From an uncultured Acidimicrobiales bacterium (lineage in GTDB: Bacteria; Actinomycetota; Acidimicrobiia; Acidimicrobiales; UBA10347): DNA of 50,662 nucleotides. Location of the stretch: positions 1 to 50,662 of the forward strand of contig CALSSD010000003.1 of NCBI GenBank assembly GCA_943788915.1, in the 5' to 3' direction. Shown one piece after another: positions 9,858 through 19,494 of the stretch; the stretch's first letter is position 1; the number at the start of each line of letters is the position of its first letter. The position numbers and the translations under genes are program-made. Under the pieces are notes generated by a model that was not told the DNA's origin, ran no database searches, and saw only the letters and a list, made by a program, of their open reading frames with translations.

Positions 9858-10538
9858 ATGCAACCAACACGAATCGCCGCCCAAACAGAGATACAGAAAG
9901 ACGGCAAGCTGCTGACCTTCCTGATGAAGGCCGTCGCTGTTGTCCGGATCCAGAATCACATCGAAGTTGACCCTGATCGACCAACGATCGCCGCTGGCAA
10001 CCACCAAAGTTTGCTCGACGTATTCATGGCTGCGGCGTTCTGTTACCAGGCAAACGTTGGCTGTCGTCTACTGGTGCAAGCTCGTTACTTCGACAACAAG
10101 CTTGCTGGTCGATGGCTGCGCCGCATCGGTTGCATCCCACTCAGTAGCGACAACAAGGAAGAGGCGTTCGCCGAAGTTCGAGCTGCTCTTGAACGACGTG
10201 AGCTTGTGGGCATCATGCCCGAGGGACGTTTGACCAAACCAGAAAGACGCAACCCACAGGTGGGCCCGTTTCGGGTCGGGGTTGCCCAACTGGCACGCGA
10301 GACCGGAGCGGTCGTGCGCCCGATCACCTTCCATCGCAGCGGCCTGGCCTGGCCTCGCGGCAAATGGCCAAAGATTCGTTTCCGAAATCGTCCGATCGTC
10401 ACCATGATTCTGGGTGACCCCATCGAACTGCATGGCGTCGACGACCTCGAAAACACCAAGCTGATCGAGATCGCCATGACCGAACTCTTGACCGACCTCG
10501 ATGCCGAAGTTGCCGCACTCGGCCAGCCCCCCGCCTAA
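9858..10538 (+). CDS. Lysophospholipid acyltransferase (PlsC family)
   Basis: NHQSLLD (HX4D) and MPEGR motifs; start moved to ATG 9858 to avoid overlapping nucS. Confidence 0.85.
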   Translation: MQPTRIAAQTEIQKDGKLLTFLMKAVAVVRIQNHIEVDPDRPTIAAGNHQSLLDVFMAAAFCYQANVGCRLLVQARYFDNKLAGRWLRRIGCIPLSSDNKEEAFAEVRAALERRELVGIMPEGRLTKPERRNPQVGPFRVGVAQLARETGAVVRPITFHRSGLAWPRGKWPKIRFRNRPIVTMILGDPIELHGVDDLENTKLIEIAMTELLTDLDAEVAALGQPPA

Positions 10539-10594
10539 CACAATCCTTGCTCTGCCGCCGGCGGCGGCCGGCCAGGAATTACCATCTACCCATC

Positions 10595-12568
10595 GTGGGT
10601 CCTACGCATCTGGCGCACTCGTCATCGACATCCGGTGGAGCAGGTTCGGGCAACGGCTTGCGCTGGACCCGACGACGAGTCCTGCTCGCCGCACTTCCGC
10701 TGCTTTTATTGGCCGCGACCTACGCGGTCGCCACCATCGATATTCGCAATCATGACAATCGTGTACTGCGCGGCGTGGCTCTCGGCCAGGTCGATGTTGG
10801 CGGCATGACGTCAGACCAACTCGACGCTGAATTCGACCGCATCAACTCATTCATACAAACTGCGCCGGTCTATATCGAGACACCGGGTGCTGCCTACCAG
10901 ATCGATGCTGAGCGGCTTGGTCTGACACTAGACCGACGGGCGACCAGCGCTGCAGTACTTAACGCCGGTCGTGAAGGCACCAGCCTGCTTCGGCCATTCA
11001 GCTGGCTTGGCGCCTTGTTCACCAAACGCGAAGTTGATGCAGTGCTGCGACTAGACCCCGGCGCAGCCGAAGCCGGCCTGGCCGCAGTGTCCAAGACCAT
11101 CAGTGTCGAACCGGGCGAACCAACGTTGATCTTGAACAATGGACGACTTGAACTTGCGCCTGGGACACCGGGCAACATCCTCGATGTGCAGCAACTCGTT
11201 CGAGATCTCAGTGCCTCACTTCCCAGTGAGCCAGGCCAAGAGATCTTCGTCGACGCAGTAACGACCACCGATGCAATGGTCGATGTCGAGATCCAGTCGC
11301 TCGTTGACCGCATCAATGGCGCAACGACGCGTGACATCGAATTCATCGTCAACGGCATCTCGATCAAGGCTCGACCCGATGAGTTCCGCAGCTGGGTCGA
11401 ACTCGATCTTGCAGGGTCTTCACCCCGAGCAGAACTCAACACCGAGGTCATGTACCGATGGATCAATGCCGCCGCTGGCATAGCCCAAGGCGACATCGAC
11501 ACCCGGGCGCTCACCGTCGAAGGCAGCCAGATCCGCCTGCCTCGAGCTAATGCGGTGATGTGCTGCCAGGTCGAAGTCGGCGAACAAGTGCTCGAAGCGG
11601 TCTTGGCAGGCACTACGTCGATCGGTCTCGATCTGATCGTCGATGACCTGACACCACTCGCAGACCTTGGCATCTCCGAATTGATTGGTGAGTTCACCAC
11701 CGAACACCCCGCCGACCAGGACCGGGTCATCAACATCCAGCGGATGGCCGACATAGTGCGGGGTGCAGTCGTCGAGCCGGGCGCTACCTTCTCGCTCAAT
11801 GGGTACGTAGGCGAACGTACCACCTCCAATGGTTTTGTCCCTGCTGGTGTCATCTACGACGGCGTCTTCGCCGAAGACGTCGGAGGAGGCGTCAGCCAGT
11901 TCGCCACCACGTTGTTCAACGCAGCGTTCTTCGGTGGCCTCGACTTCGTGCAGTACCAGCCGCATAGCATCTATATCGACCGGTATCCCTATGGACGCGA
12001 GGCGACCGTCAGCTGGCCAAACGTCGATCTGAAGTTCCGGAACTCGACCGAGTTCCCAGTGCTGATCTGGTCCGAATACACGCCAACGTCGATCACGGTG
12101 AAACTCTTTGGCACCGCCACGGTGAGTGGTGTGCAGACCGATCAGACAACCGAGCCGTTCAACGAGTGCACCAAGGTTCGCACCGAGCGGACTCGAACGT
12201 TCGCCGACGGCCGGGTCGAAGTCGACAGCGTTGGCGCCACCTACCAGCCGAGCGAGGGTCGCGACTGCGACGGCAACCCAACGGAGCCACCACCAGAATG
12301 CGACGACGACGAGGGCCTGGTCGATAGCGATGAAGACGGTTTCGGTGATCTGTGTGTTCCCATCGACGTCATCTGTCCTACCGACACCACCGCCGTCGAC
12401 GAAGACGATGATGGACTAGTCGATTACTGCAGCGCCGAGGAATGCCCCGACGGAACTAAAGCCGTCGACAACGACAACGATGGCAACTTCGACGAATGCA
12501 TCGACCGCGAACCCCCAGCCGACACCGACGACAGCGAAACCGCCGAGTCGGTCACCGACGACGGCTAA
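10595..12568 (+). CDS. VanW-family membrane-anchored protein with peptidoglycan-binding region and C-terminal Cys/Asp-rich repeats
   Basis: N-terminal TM after RRR; VanW motifs RVINIQRMA, FSLNGYVGERT, GGGVSQFATTLFNA, PHSIYIDRYPYGREATV and DLKFRN; start uncertain (10547-10595). Confidence 0.85.
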   Translation: MGPTHLAHSSSTSGGAGSGNGLRWTRRRVLLAALPLLLLAATYAVATIDIRNHDNRVLRGVALGQVDVGGMTSDQLDAEFDRINSFIQTAPVYIETPGAAYQIDAERLGLTLDRRATSAAVLNAGREGTSLLRPFSWLGALFTKREVDAVLRLDPGAAEAGLAAVSKTISVEPGEPTLILNNGRLELAPGTPGNILDVQQLVRDLSASLPSEPGQEIFVDAVTTTDAMVDVEIQSLVDRINGATTRDIEFIVNGISIKARPDEFRSWVELDLAGSSPRAELNTEVMYRWINAAAGIAQGDIDTRALTVEGSQIRLPRANAVMCCQVEVGEQVLEAVLAGTTSIGLDLIVDDLTPLADLGISELIGEFTTEHPADQDRVINIQRMADIVRGAVVEPGATFSLNGYVGERTTSNGFVPAGVIYDGVFAEDVGGGVSQFATTLFNAAFFGGLDFVQYQPHSIYIDRYPYGREATVSWPNVDLKFRNSTEFPVLIWSEYTPTSITVKLFGTATVSGVQTDQTTEPFNECTKVRTERTRTFADGRVEVDSVGATYQPSEGRDCDGNPTEPPPECDDDEGLVDSDEDGFGDLCVPIDVICPTDTTAVDEDDDGLVDYCSAEECPDGTKAVDNDNDGNFDECIDREPPADTDDSETAESVTDDG

Positions 12569-12607
12569 TACGCCGAGTTCAGTTCCTTGCGCTCCTCGCA
12601 GCAGCAA

Positions 12608-12613
12608 TAGGGT
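12608..12613 (+). promoter_or_regulatory. -10 box TAGGGT for the CoA-transferase
   Basis: TANNNT 6 nt before ATG 12620. Confidence 0.55.
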
Positions 12614-12619
12614 CAGTGC

Positions 12620-13843
12620 ATGGACAAGGACGAGTTCTATCGAGATGCCCGACGTGACCTAAGCGGTCCACTCGACGGGGTGCGCGTGATAGACCTGACG
12701 ACAGCGTGGGCTGGCCCCATGGCGGGCTGCCTTTTGGCGGATTTCGGTGCCGACGTGGTCCGAGTGACCGCTCCGGGCGATGTAGGCAACTTGTGGCCAC
12801 CGCTCTTCCCGGGAACGCAGCGTTCACCGGCCGAGGAAACGGTCAATCGGAACAAACGATCGGTCAGCATCGATCTGCGCCGCAACGAAGGAGCGCAGGC
12901 ATTCTTGAAGCTGGTCCAATCCGCTGACATGGTGGTCGAGAACTTCAAGCCAGGCACGCTCAGCGGTTGGGGTGTCGGCTACACCGATTGTCGGCGGGTC
13001 AAACCCGACATTGTCTACGTCTCGGTGAGCGGCTACGGCCAATTCGGGCCTCGTTCCGCAGCGCCTGGCTACGACCCGGCAGCACTGGCCTTCAGCGGCT
13101 GGATGTCGCTCAACGGATCGCCGGATGGCCCGCCGACGAAAGCGCCCACGTATCTGGCCGATGACCTTGCCGGCATGCACGCCGCTCTCGGTGCTTTGGC
13201 GGCGCTGCGCCACCGTGACGCAACCAGCGAAGGACAACACGTCGATGTTGCGCTGGTCGACTCGATCCTGTTTCAGTCCAATGCCTATCCGACGATGGCA
13301 GCGGCGGGGCTCTCCGGCGAACGCTGGGGCAATCAGATTGGCGTGTGCGCTCCGACCAACAGCTACAGATGTTCTGATAATCGACACGTGTACCTCGGGT
13401 TGCTGCTCGACACGCATTGGCAGAAGTTGTGTGCGCTCATCGAACGACCGGATCTTGCTCATGCGCCCAGACACGCCACCAATCTGGAACGGGTCGAGAA
13501 CCGCGACGCAGTTGATGCCCTAGTTGCGGACTGGTGTGCGGCTCGGCCATCGGAGCAGGTCCTCGACGCCATGAGCGGCGCTGGGCTGGTGGCCGCACCG
13601 GTCAACGACTATGCGACAGCGATCGCCGACGAGCACGTGCGCGAACGAGACATGCTCCAGCCGGTGACGATGGTGGATGGGAACACCGTCGAGGTCACCG
13701 GGCCTGCTGCGAAGTTCTCGCGTACCCCGACTCGGGTGCGTCATGGCGCTCCCCTCGCCAACCAACACACCACTGAGGTGCTTGGCCAGTTCTTCACCAC
13801 CGAGGAGCTCGCAGCGCTACGGGCCGATGACGTTATTGACTAG
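12620..13843 (+). CDS. CoA-transferase family III (CaiB/BaiF)
   Basis: PLDGVRVIDLT, AGP, NRNKRSVSIDL, VVENFKPG, SGYGQFGP and GYD motifs. Confidence 0.92.
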   Translation: MDKDEFYRDARRDLSGPLDGVRVIDLTTAWAGPMAGCLLADFGADVVRVTAPGDVGNLWPPLFPGTQRSPAEETVNRNKRSVSIDLRRNEGAQAFLKLVQSADMVVENFKPGTLSGWGVGYTDCRRVKPDIVYVSVSGYGQFGPRSAAPGYDPAALAFSGWMSLNGSPDGPPTKAPTYLADDLAGMHAALGALAALRHRDATSEGQHVDVALVDSILFQSNAYPTMAAAGLSGERWGNQIGVCAPTNSYRCSDNRHVYLGLLLDTHWQKLCALIERPDLAHAPRHATNLERVENRDAVDALVADWCAARPSEQVLDAMSGAGLVAAPVNDYATAIADEHVRERDMLQPVTMVDGNTVEVTGPAAKFSRTPTRVRHGAPLANQHTTEVLGQFFTTEELAALRADDVID

Positions 13844-13875
13844 CTGCCTTGTGGTGTCGACCTGTGGTACCCCAC

Positions 13876-13881
13876 TACGAT
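13876..13881 (+). promoter_or_regulatory. -10 box TACGAT for the LLM oxidoreductase
   Basis: TANNNT 6 nt before ATG 13888. Confidence 0.6.
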
Positions 13882-13887
13882 CTGACC

Positions 13888-14940
13888 ATGAAACTTGGCA
13901 TGAGCATCAACTACGTCGGCGACTTCCATTCAACGGTCGACCAGGTCGTCGAATACGAAAAGGCCGGTCTGGACGTCGTCTGGGTTGCCGAGGCGTACAG
14001 CATCGATGCGGTCAGCCAGGTCGGCTTCCTGGCCGCCCGCACCGAGCGGGTCGAAATCGGCACCGGCATCCTCAACGTCTTCTCTCGCACCGCCACAGCT
14101 ATCGCCCAGACCGCCGCTGGTTGTGACTATGTGAGCAACGGCCGGTTCATCCTCGGCCTTGGCGCAAGCGGCCCTCAGGTCATCGAAGGTTTCCACGGCG
14201 TTCCGTACGAGAAGCCGATGAAGCGCATTAGTGAATACATCGATGTGACCCGGATGACCTTGCGCCGTGAGCCTGTCGTCTTCGACGGCAAGACGGTGCA
14301 GATTCCGCTTCCTGAGGGCCAGGGCACTGGCCTGGGCAAACCGCTCAAGCTCATCAACCATCCGGTTCGTTCCGAAGTCCCGATCTGGTGGGCGTCGCTG
14401 ATGCCGCTGTCGGTCAAGCAGACCGCCAAGTCAGCCGACGGCTGGCTGCCCGTGTTCTTCTTGCCCGACGAATTCCAGCGGGTGTGGGGCGACGACCTCA
14501 AGGCTGGTACGGCTCTGCGCGATCCGGACATGAAGAAACTGGAGATCGGCGCTGGCGCAATGGTCGCTATCGGCGATGAATACGCAGGCGATGGCGCCGA
14601 CCACGTACTTGACCGTGGACGCCCATCGACCGCTCTGTACTGGGGCGGCATGGGCGCACGAGACAAGAACTTCTATAACTCCATTGCCCAGAAGTACGGG
14701 TATGAGGAAGAGGCCATCGAGATCCAGGATCTGTACCTCGACGGCCATAAGGACGCTGCCGCTGCAGCCGTGCCTCGTGACTTCCTCGAACGGGCGAACC
14801 TCGTTGGCCCTGAGTCCTATGTCAAGGAACGGCTAGGGGCCTGGAAAGAAGCTGGCGTGAGTGTGCTCAACGTGACCCCGGTCGGCGAGGATCCGGTCGG
14901 CACGCTGGGCAAGCTGCGCGAATTGGTCGAAGACGCATGA
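13888..14940 (+). CDS. LLM-class F420-dependent oxidoreductase
   Basis: WVAEAYSIDA, GRFILGLGASGPQVIEGFHG, ADGWLP and GGMGARDKNFYN; TACGAT 6 nt before ATG 13888. Confidence 0.9.
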   Translation: MKLGMSINYVGDFHSTVDQVVEYEKAGLDVVWVAEAYSIDAVSQVGFLAARTERVEIGTGILNVFSRTATAIAQTAAGCDYVSNGRFILGLGASGPQVIEGFHGVPYEKPMKRISEYIDVTRMTLRREPVVFDGKTVQIPLPEGQGTGLGKPLKLINHPVRSEVPIWWASLMPLSVKQTAKSADGWLPVFFLPDEFQRVWGDDLKAGTALRDPDMKKLEIGAGAMVAIGDEYAGDGADHVLDRGRPSTALYWGGMGARDKNFYNSIAQKYGYEEEAIEIQDLYLDGHKDAAAAAVPRDFLERANLVGPESYVKERLGAWKEAGVSVLNVTPVGEDPVGTLGKLRELVEDA

Positions 14941-15986
14941 CCAAGATCGCCGACGACAGCCGACTCGACCCTCGCATTCGACGCATCATGGGCGTGACAC
15001 CTGATGCAAGGGTTAGTGCAGACGTGGCTGACCGCGACGAACTGCTGGCCAGGGCCAACAGCGAATCAGCACTGGCAGCCCGAGCCGTGCTCGACGCAAA
15101 TCTCGATCGCATCGACAGCACCGACCTCGCCCCACTCGAGGGGCTCGACATCTCGACCCACGAGTTCGTCTCGGCACCCGACGGCAATTCGATCAAGGTG
15201 TCGTTCATGCGCCCTCAGATCGACGGGTCCGGGGCCGCAGAACTGCTGCCGTGTGTGTATTACATCCATGGCGGCGGCATGCAGACCATGTCCGCGTTCC
15301 TGGGCATGTACCAGTGTTGGGGTCGGCTGATCGCTCATCAGGGTGTTGCGGTGGCGATGGTCGACTTCCGCAATGCGTTGCACTCGTCGTCAGCGGCCGA
15401 AGTCGCACCTTTCCCAGCGGGGCTCAACGACTGTGTGTCAGGCGTGCGCTGGCTCGTAGACCAGGCCGACGAACTCGGCATCGATGCTTCAAAGATCATT
15501 GTTGCTGGCGAAAGCGGCGGTGGAAACCTAGCGATCGCGACCGGTATGCAACTGTTGCGTGATGGTGATGTCGGGCTGATCAGTGGTCTGTACGCGTTGT
15601 GCCCGTACTTGGCCGGCGAGTGGCCCCAGGAGCGTTTCCCGTCCTCAACGGAGAACAACGGCCTGTTCATCAACCTGTGGGGCAACAACGCCCGCATGGC
15701 GTACGGCATTGAGGCGTTCGACCAGGCCAATCCTCTCGCCTGGCCTATGTTCGCCACCGTCGATGATGTCGCCGGGTTGCCGACAACCGTGGTCAGCGTG
15801 AACGAATGTGATCCGCTGCGCGACGAAGGCATCGAGTTCTACCGCCTACTCAATCAGGCCGGTGTCCAGGCCCGTTGTCGCCAGGTCATGGGAACGCTGC
15901 ACGGCAGCGAGGTCTTCTCGGTCAGCTGTCCAGGAATCGCCACCGAGACAGCGATGAGCATCGCTCACCTCGCCAAGGGAAACTGA
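14937..15986 (+). CDS. Alpha/beta hydrolase, HSL-family esterase/lipase
   Basis: YIHGGG oxyanion motif, GESGGG nucleophile elbow, ECDPLRDEG and GTLHG; ATGA overlap with the upstream gene. Confidence 0.9.
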   Translation: MTKIADDSRLDPRIRRIMGVTPDARVSADVADRDELLARANSESALAARAVLDANLDRIDSTDLAPLEGLDISTHEFVSAPDGNSIKVSFMRPQIDGSGAAELLPCVYYIHGGGMQTMSAFLGMYQCWGRLIAHQGVAVAMVDFRNALHSSSAAEVAPFPAGLNDCVSGVRWLVDQADELGIDASKIIVAGESGGGNLAIATGMQLLRDGDVGLISGLYALCPYLAGEWPQERFPSSTENNGLFINLWGNNARMAYGIEAFDQANPLAWPMFATVDDVAGLPTTVVSVNECDPLRDEGIEFYRLLNQAGVQARCRQVMGTLHGSEVFSVSCPGIATETAMSIAHLAKGN

Positions 15987-16166
15987 AGGCAACGCGACAA
16001 CACCCAGCAGGCTGACTCGATCAGTTCTCGTCGTTGACCCAGACCACCACCGGCGGATCGTTCGGACGGTGATTCGTTGGATGTGAATCGGAGGTCCACA
16101 CCCGGAGTTCATCGGGGGACGAATGCGGTGGTGCTAGTGGCTCCTGCCGCAGGTCTACCTGAGTAT

Positions 16167-16910
16167 TCAGCGATCCGCAGACCGCAGCGCTGCCGACGAC
16201 GATGTTGAGGTTGCCCTGGCCGCGATGCGGGTGGCAAGCTCGGCGCACGATCGGGCAAGGACGCTCCGACGCAAGTATCGATCATCACCGCCAAGGTTGA
16301 CAGCCGCAGCGCCTCGACTGTCGATCGGCAGCGTGTGCAGGACCTCAACACCCAGTCCATCGGCAACCTGCGATTCGTTGTACGGGGTGTCGCCGACCAG
16401 GACAACGGCGACGTCTTCTGGCTGCGAACACTCGGCCAAACGATGGCGTAACACCAACAACTCTTCTCGGGTGGGCCGCACGAACCACAGCAATAGGTCA
16501 GCCGCCGACAGCGCCGGGACGGCGCGGGCGTCGGGTACCACCATGCCGACGTCGAACAAGACAGGGTGTCCAACCTGAGATAGATATGGCCCCAGGTATG
16601 GACCTGCCGAACGAAGTTGCGCCCCTGCTGCGGTCGCTGATGGGGACAGCGCGACACATGCGACACCCGAAGGGAGTCGTTGGGCATGGTCCAACAATGG
16701 GGGTTGCTCAGACTTGCGCAGGCTCTCAACCAACGTCACGAATCCCGGCATCAACGACACCTCGTACCGGGCAGCAAGTACTCCCCCGCTTGCGTCGCCT
16801 TCGACCACCACCGGCACCGCTGAGTCCTCTGCCCACAACGAAGCAACCAATTGCAGCGCGGTGGACACACCAGGAGATCCGTGGGCCGAAGCCCCAACAA
16901 CAAACGTCAC
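16167..16910 (-). CDS. MinD/CpaE-like P-loop protein of the type seen in actinobacterial Tad/Flp loci
   Basis: N-terminal SAHGSPGVSTAL deviant P-loop, VVVEGDASGG, VLFDVG, ADLLLWFVRP and LVGDTPY. Confidence 0.6.
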   Translation of the reverse strand: MTFVVGASAHGSPGVSTALQLVASLWAEDSAVPVVVEGDASGGVLAARYEVSLMPGFVTLVESLRKSEQPPLLDHAQRLPSGVACVALSPSATAAGAQLRSAGPYLGPYLSQVGHPVLFDVGMVVPDARAVPALSAADLLLWFVRPTREELLVLRHRLAECSQPEDVAVVLVGDTPYNESQVADGLGVEVLHTLPIDSRGAAAVNLGGDDRYLRRSVLARSCAELATRIAARATSTSSSAALRSADR

Positions 16911-17140
16911 GAATCACCGTCTTCTTCCCCACCAAGTTCCCAACCAGCCGGGCCGGTGTTGTCGACTTCGATGATCACGACCTCGCCGCTAAGTACTTGC
17001 ACTTCTTGTGCCGAGGTCACGTCGAGAAGCAACCGGATGACAAGTGTCTGGCCATCGAGCTGGCCTGCCAACATCATGGACCATGGAACAAGGATCTGCC
17101 CGATGACCCAGCCGACGCCATCCCTTCGCAAGAGCCGCAC
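16907..17140 (-). pseudogene. Short ORF, possibly the C-terminal remnant of a SAF/CpaB-like gene
   Basis: Its stop overlaps the GTG of the MinD-like gene (GTGA). The C-terminal half looks protein-like (LVIRLLLDVTSAQEVQVLSGEVVIIEV), but there is no room for a full-length N-terminus. Confidence 0.3.
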
Positions 17141-17162
17141 CCAGGACTGCTAACTTGGCGGC

Positions 17163-17492
17163 GTGATGTGGGTCTACGTGTTGACAACGACGGCAGGAGT
17201 CGTCGCGATCGTGCCGACCATCCTTCGAGCGATCGATCGCCATCCACCCGAACTCGTCACTGGTTTCATTGGATTTGTCGGCTTTTTCGGTGGGGTCACC
17301 GGCCTGCTGGCCCGCCAGACTGGTGCCGGTGGACTGGCTACGTTCATCGCTGCAGCCGCAGTCGGCCTGGCAGCGGGAGCACTTCATCCGGAACTACTCC
17401 CAATGTTGCGGGGCGAGTCCCCCGTTCCTGGCCCGGCCAGGCCCACACCAAAGCCCGAGAAGAAGCCCGAATTCACGCACGACGAGAGCTAG
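17163..17492 (+). CDS. Small hypothetical membrane protein
   Basis: 109 aa with three hydrophobic stretches; TAACTT 6 nt before the GTG. Confidence 0.65.
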   Translation: MMWVYVLTTTAGVVAIVPTILRAIDRHPPELVTGFIGFVGFFGGVTGLLARQTGAGGLATFIAAAAVGLAAGALHPELLPMLRGESPVPGPARPTPKPEKKPEFTHDES

Positions 17493-17500
17493 TCGCCGTC

Positions 17501-17506
17501 TAACCT
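17501..17506 (+). promoter_or_regulatory. -10 box TAACCT for dapD
   Basis: TANNNT 7 nt before ATG 17514. Confidence 0.55.
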
Positions 17507-17513
17507 GCTGGGC

Positions 17514-18660
17514 ATGGAGAATCTGATGCCTGAGCACGAGCGCCAGCCCCGAAACGTCAGCGACACCGTCGCTGCACTCGAAGCCAAGCTCGACGGTTAT
17601 GTCGCACCTCACGCCTACGCCGTGGGCGTCGCCACCGTTGGCCCATCGGGCGGCGTGCTCGACGTATCGTTCCCCCATGTGAACTGCGACGAATCGTGGG
17701 GCACCGCCGTTGTCCTCGCTGCCTCCACCGGCCATCGAGAAGGCACCGCAAGCTACCGTCTCGACCAAGACACACTCGACGATGCCATCGCCGATCTCGG
17801 CGAGTTAGCTACCGGCGACGGCCCCCACCTAAACCTCGATGCGTGGACGCTCAGCGGCAAGGTCGCTGCACTCCCCGCCCTCGGCGGCGAACGAGTCGTG
17901 GTTGCCTGCCTGATCGACAACCTGTACCAGCCGCCCGTCGACACCATCGACGCCTACCTGCGCCTACACCTACTGTCGCATCGCAAGATGATCCCGAACA
18001 GCATGAACCTGAACGGCCTGTTCGGCCTACTCAACACCGTGGTGTGGACCAACCTGGGACCCTTCGAGCCAGAGAACTTCGAAATGACTCGTATGGCGCT
18101 CCGGGCCGACGGCCACAACGTCGAGGTCAACCTCGTCGACAAGTTCCCTCGCATGCTCGACTATGTCGTGCCAAGCGGCGTCCGCATCGCCGACGCCAAC
18201 CGGGTCCGCATGGGCGCGTACCTGTCCGAAGGGACCGTGGTCATGCACGAGGGCTTCTGCAACTTCAATGCCGGCACACTCGGCCCAGCCATGGTCGAAG
18301 GCCGCATCAGCCAGGGTGTTGTCGTGGGCGAACACAGCGACATCGGCGGTGGCGCATCCATCATGGGCACACTCTCTGGTGGCGGCACCGACGTCGTGTC
18401 GGTTGGCAGGAACAGCCTGATCGGCGCCAACGGCGGTATCGGCATCTCCATTGGCGACGACTGCATCGTCGAAGCCGGCTGCTACATCACCGCTGGAACT
18501 CTCGTCACGACACCCTGAGGGCGACACCGTAAAGGCCAAGGACCTGTCCGGCGCCAACGGCCTACTCTTCCGCCGCAACTCCAAGACCGGTGTCATCGAA
18601 GCCATCGCCCGCGAAGGCGCCGGCTGGCAAGGCCTCAACACCGACCTCCACGACAACTAA
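17514..18660 (+). CDS. dapD: Tetrahydrodipicolinate N-succinyltransferase DapD (actinobacterial type), frameshifted at 18513-18518
   Basis: [43 protein letters not shown] and [10 protein letters not shown]; the conserved tail [23 protein letters not shown] lies in the +1 frame after CCC-TGA. Confidence 0.93.
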
Positions 18661-18664
18661 CCAG

Positions 18665-19204
18665 CTAGCTAGCTGTAGATCCCAGTGAGCGATTGAGCTT
18701 CAACCGCACCGCCAACAAGCCGGTGATGGCAATGAACCCACACGTGGCCATGAACGGGATCGACACGAATCCCCACGTGTTGACCCACACCGCCGAACAC
18801 GGAGCGTCGACGTCACAGCTGCCCCCATCTTCGGCGGGCCACCACCGCAACTGGGTGTGATAGAGACCGTAACCCACTCCGCCGAGTGCGAGCGGCAGCG
18901 CGTACCAGGCACCCATAACGTCCTTGCGGAACGTGGCGATTCCAAGCACCGGAACCATTGGGTACATCATAATTCGCTGCCACCAACACAGTCGACACGG
19001 TCGATAGTTGGCGATTCCCGAGTAATACAGGCTCCCAAGCGTGCTCGTGAGTGCGATCACGAACGCCAGAGGCAGCACCACATCAGCGATTGGCCTCAAC
19101 TTCTCGGCCTTGCCGAACGTCACGATCGCCAACGACACGACACCAACGGCGAGCGCCATGAACGCAAGCAACGCGAAGAGAACGGAAAACTGGTCTGTAC
19201 CCAT
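18665..19204 (-). CDS. Disulfide bond formation protein B (DsbB/BdbC family)
   Basis: Multi-TM protein with GSLYYS, PCRLCWWQRI and a second Cys pair CDVDAPC followed by GFVSIPFM. Confidence 0.9.
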   Translation of the reverse strand: MGTDQFSVLFALLAFMALAVGVVSLAIVTFGKAEKLRPIADVVLPLAFVIALTSTLGSLYYSGIANYRPCRLCWWQRIMMYPMVPVLGIATFRKDVMGAWYALPLALGGVGYGLYHTQLRWWPAEDGGSCDVDAPCSAVWVNTWGFVSIPFMATCGFIAITGLLAVRLKLNRSLGSTAS

Positions 19205-19482
19205 AGTTAGCTGGTCGGCCTTCCCGGCGCTCTAGTTCCTTACGTTCTGGTTACGACTACTGGACGCCGTGCATTGTGTCGTCCTCATATGACGCTGCCG
19301 AGATCCAGGGTCGCCCAACCAGTTCCGGCCAATCTGCAACACGTCGAGGCGCTCAACGTTGTCGACATACAATGGCCACGGTGAAGACGGTAGCGCAGTC
19401 CCCACCGCACGGTCGGTGGACCAACAATTCCGGCCAACACTTCGGACCACAGACCAGCACCGCACTCGCGGTCAAGAGGCAT

Positions 19483-19488
19483 TAGCTT
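19483..19488 (+). promoter_or_regulatory. -10 box TAGCTT for the Cdc48-like ATPase
   Basis: TANNNT 6 nt before ATG 19495. Confidence 0.55.
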
Positions 19489-19494
19489 TGGCGA

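Noticed and set aside
10595..12568. Vancomycin resistance cluster
   Set aside because: A VanW domain alone; no vanHAX or vanRS genes.
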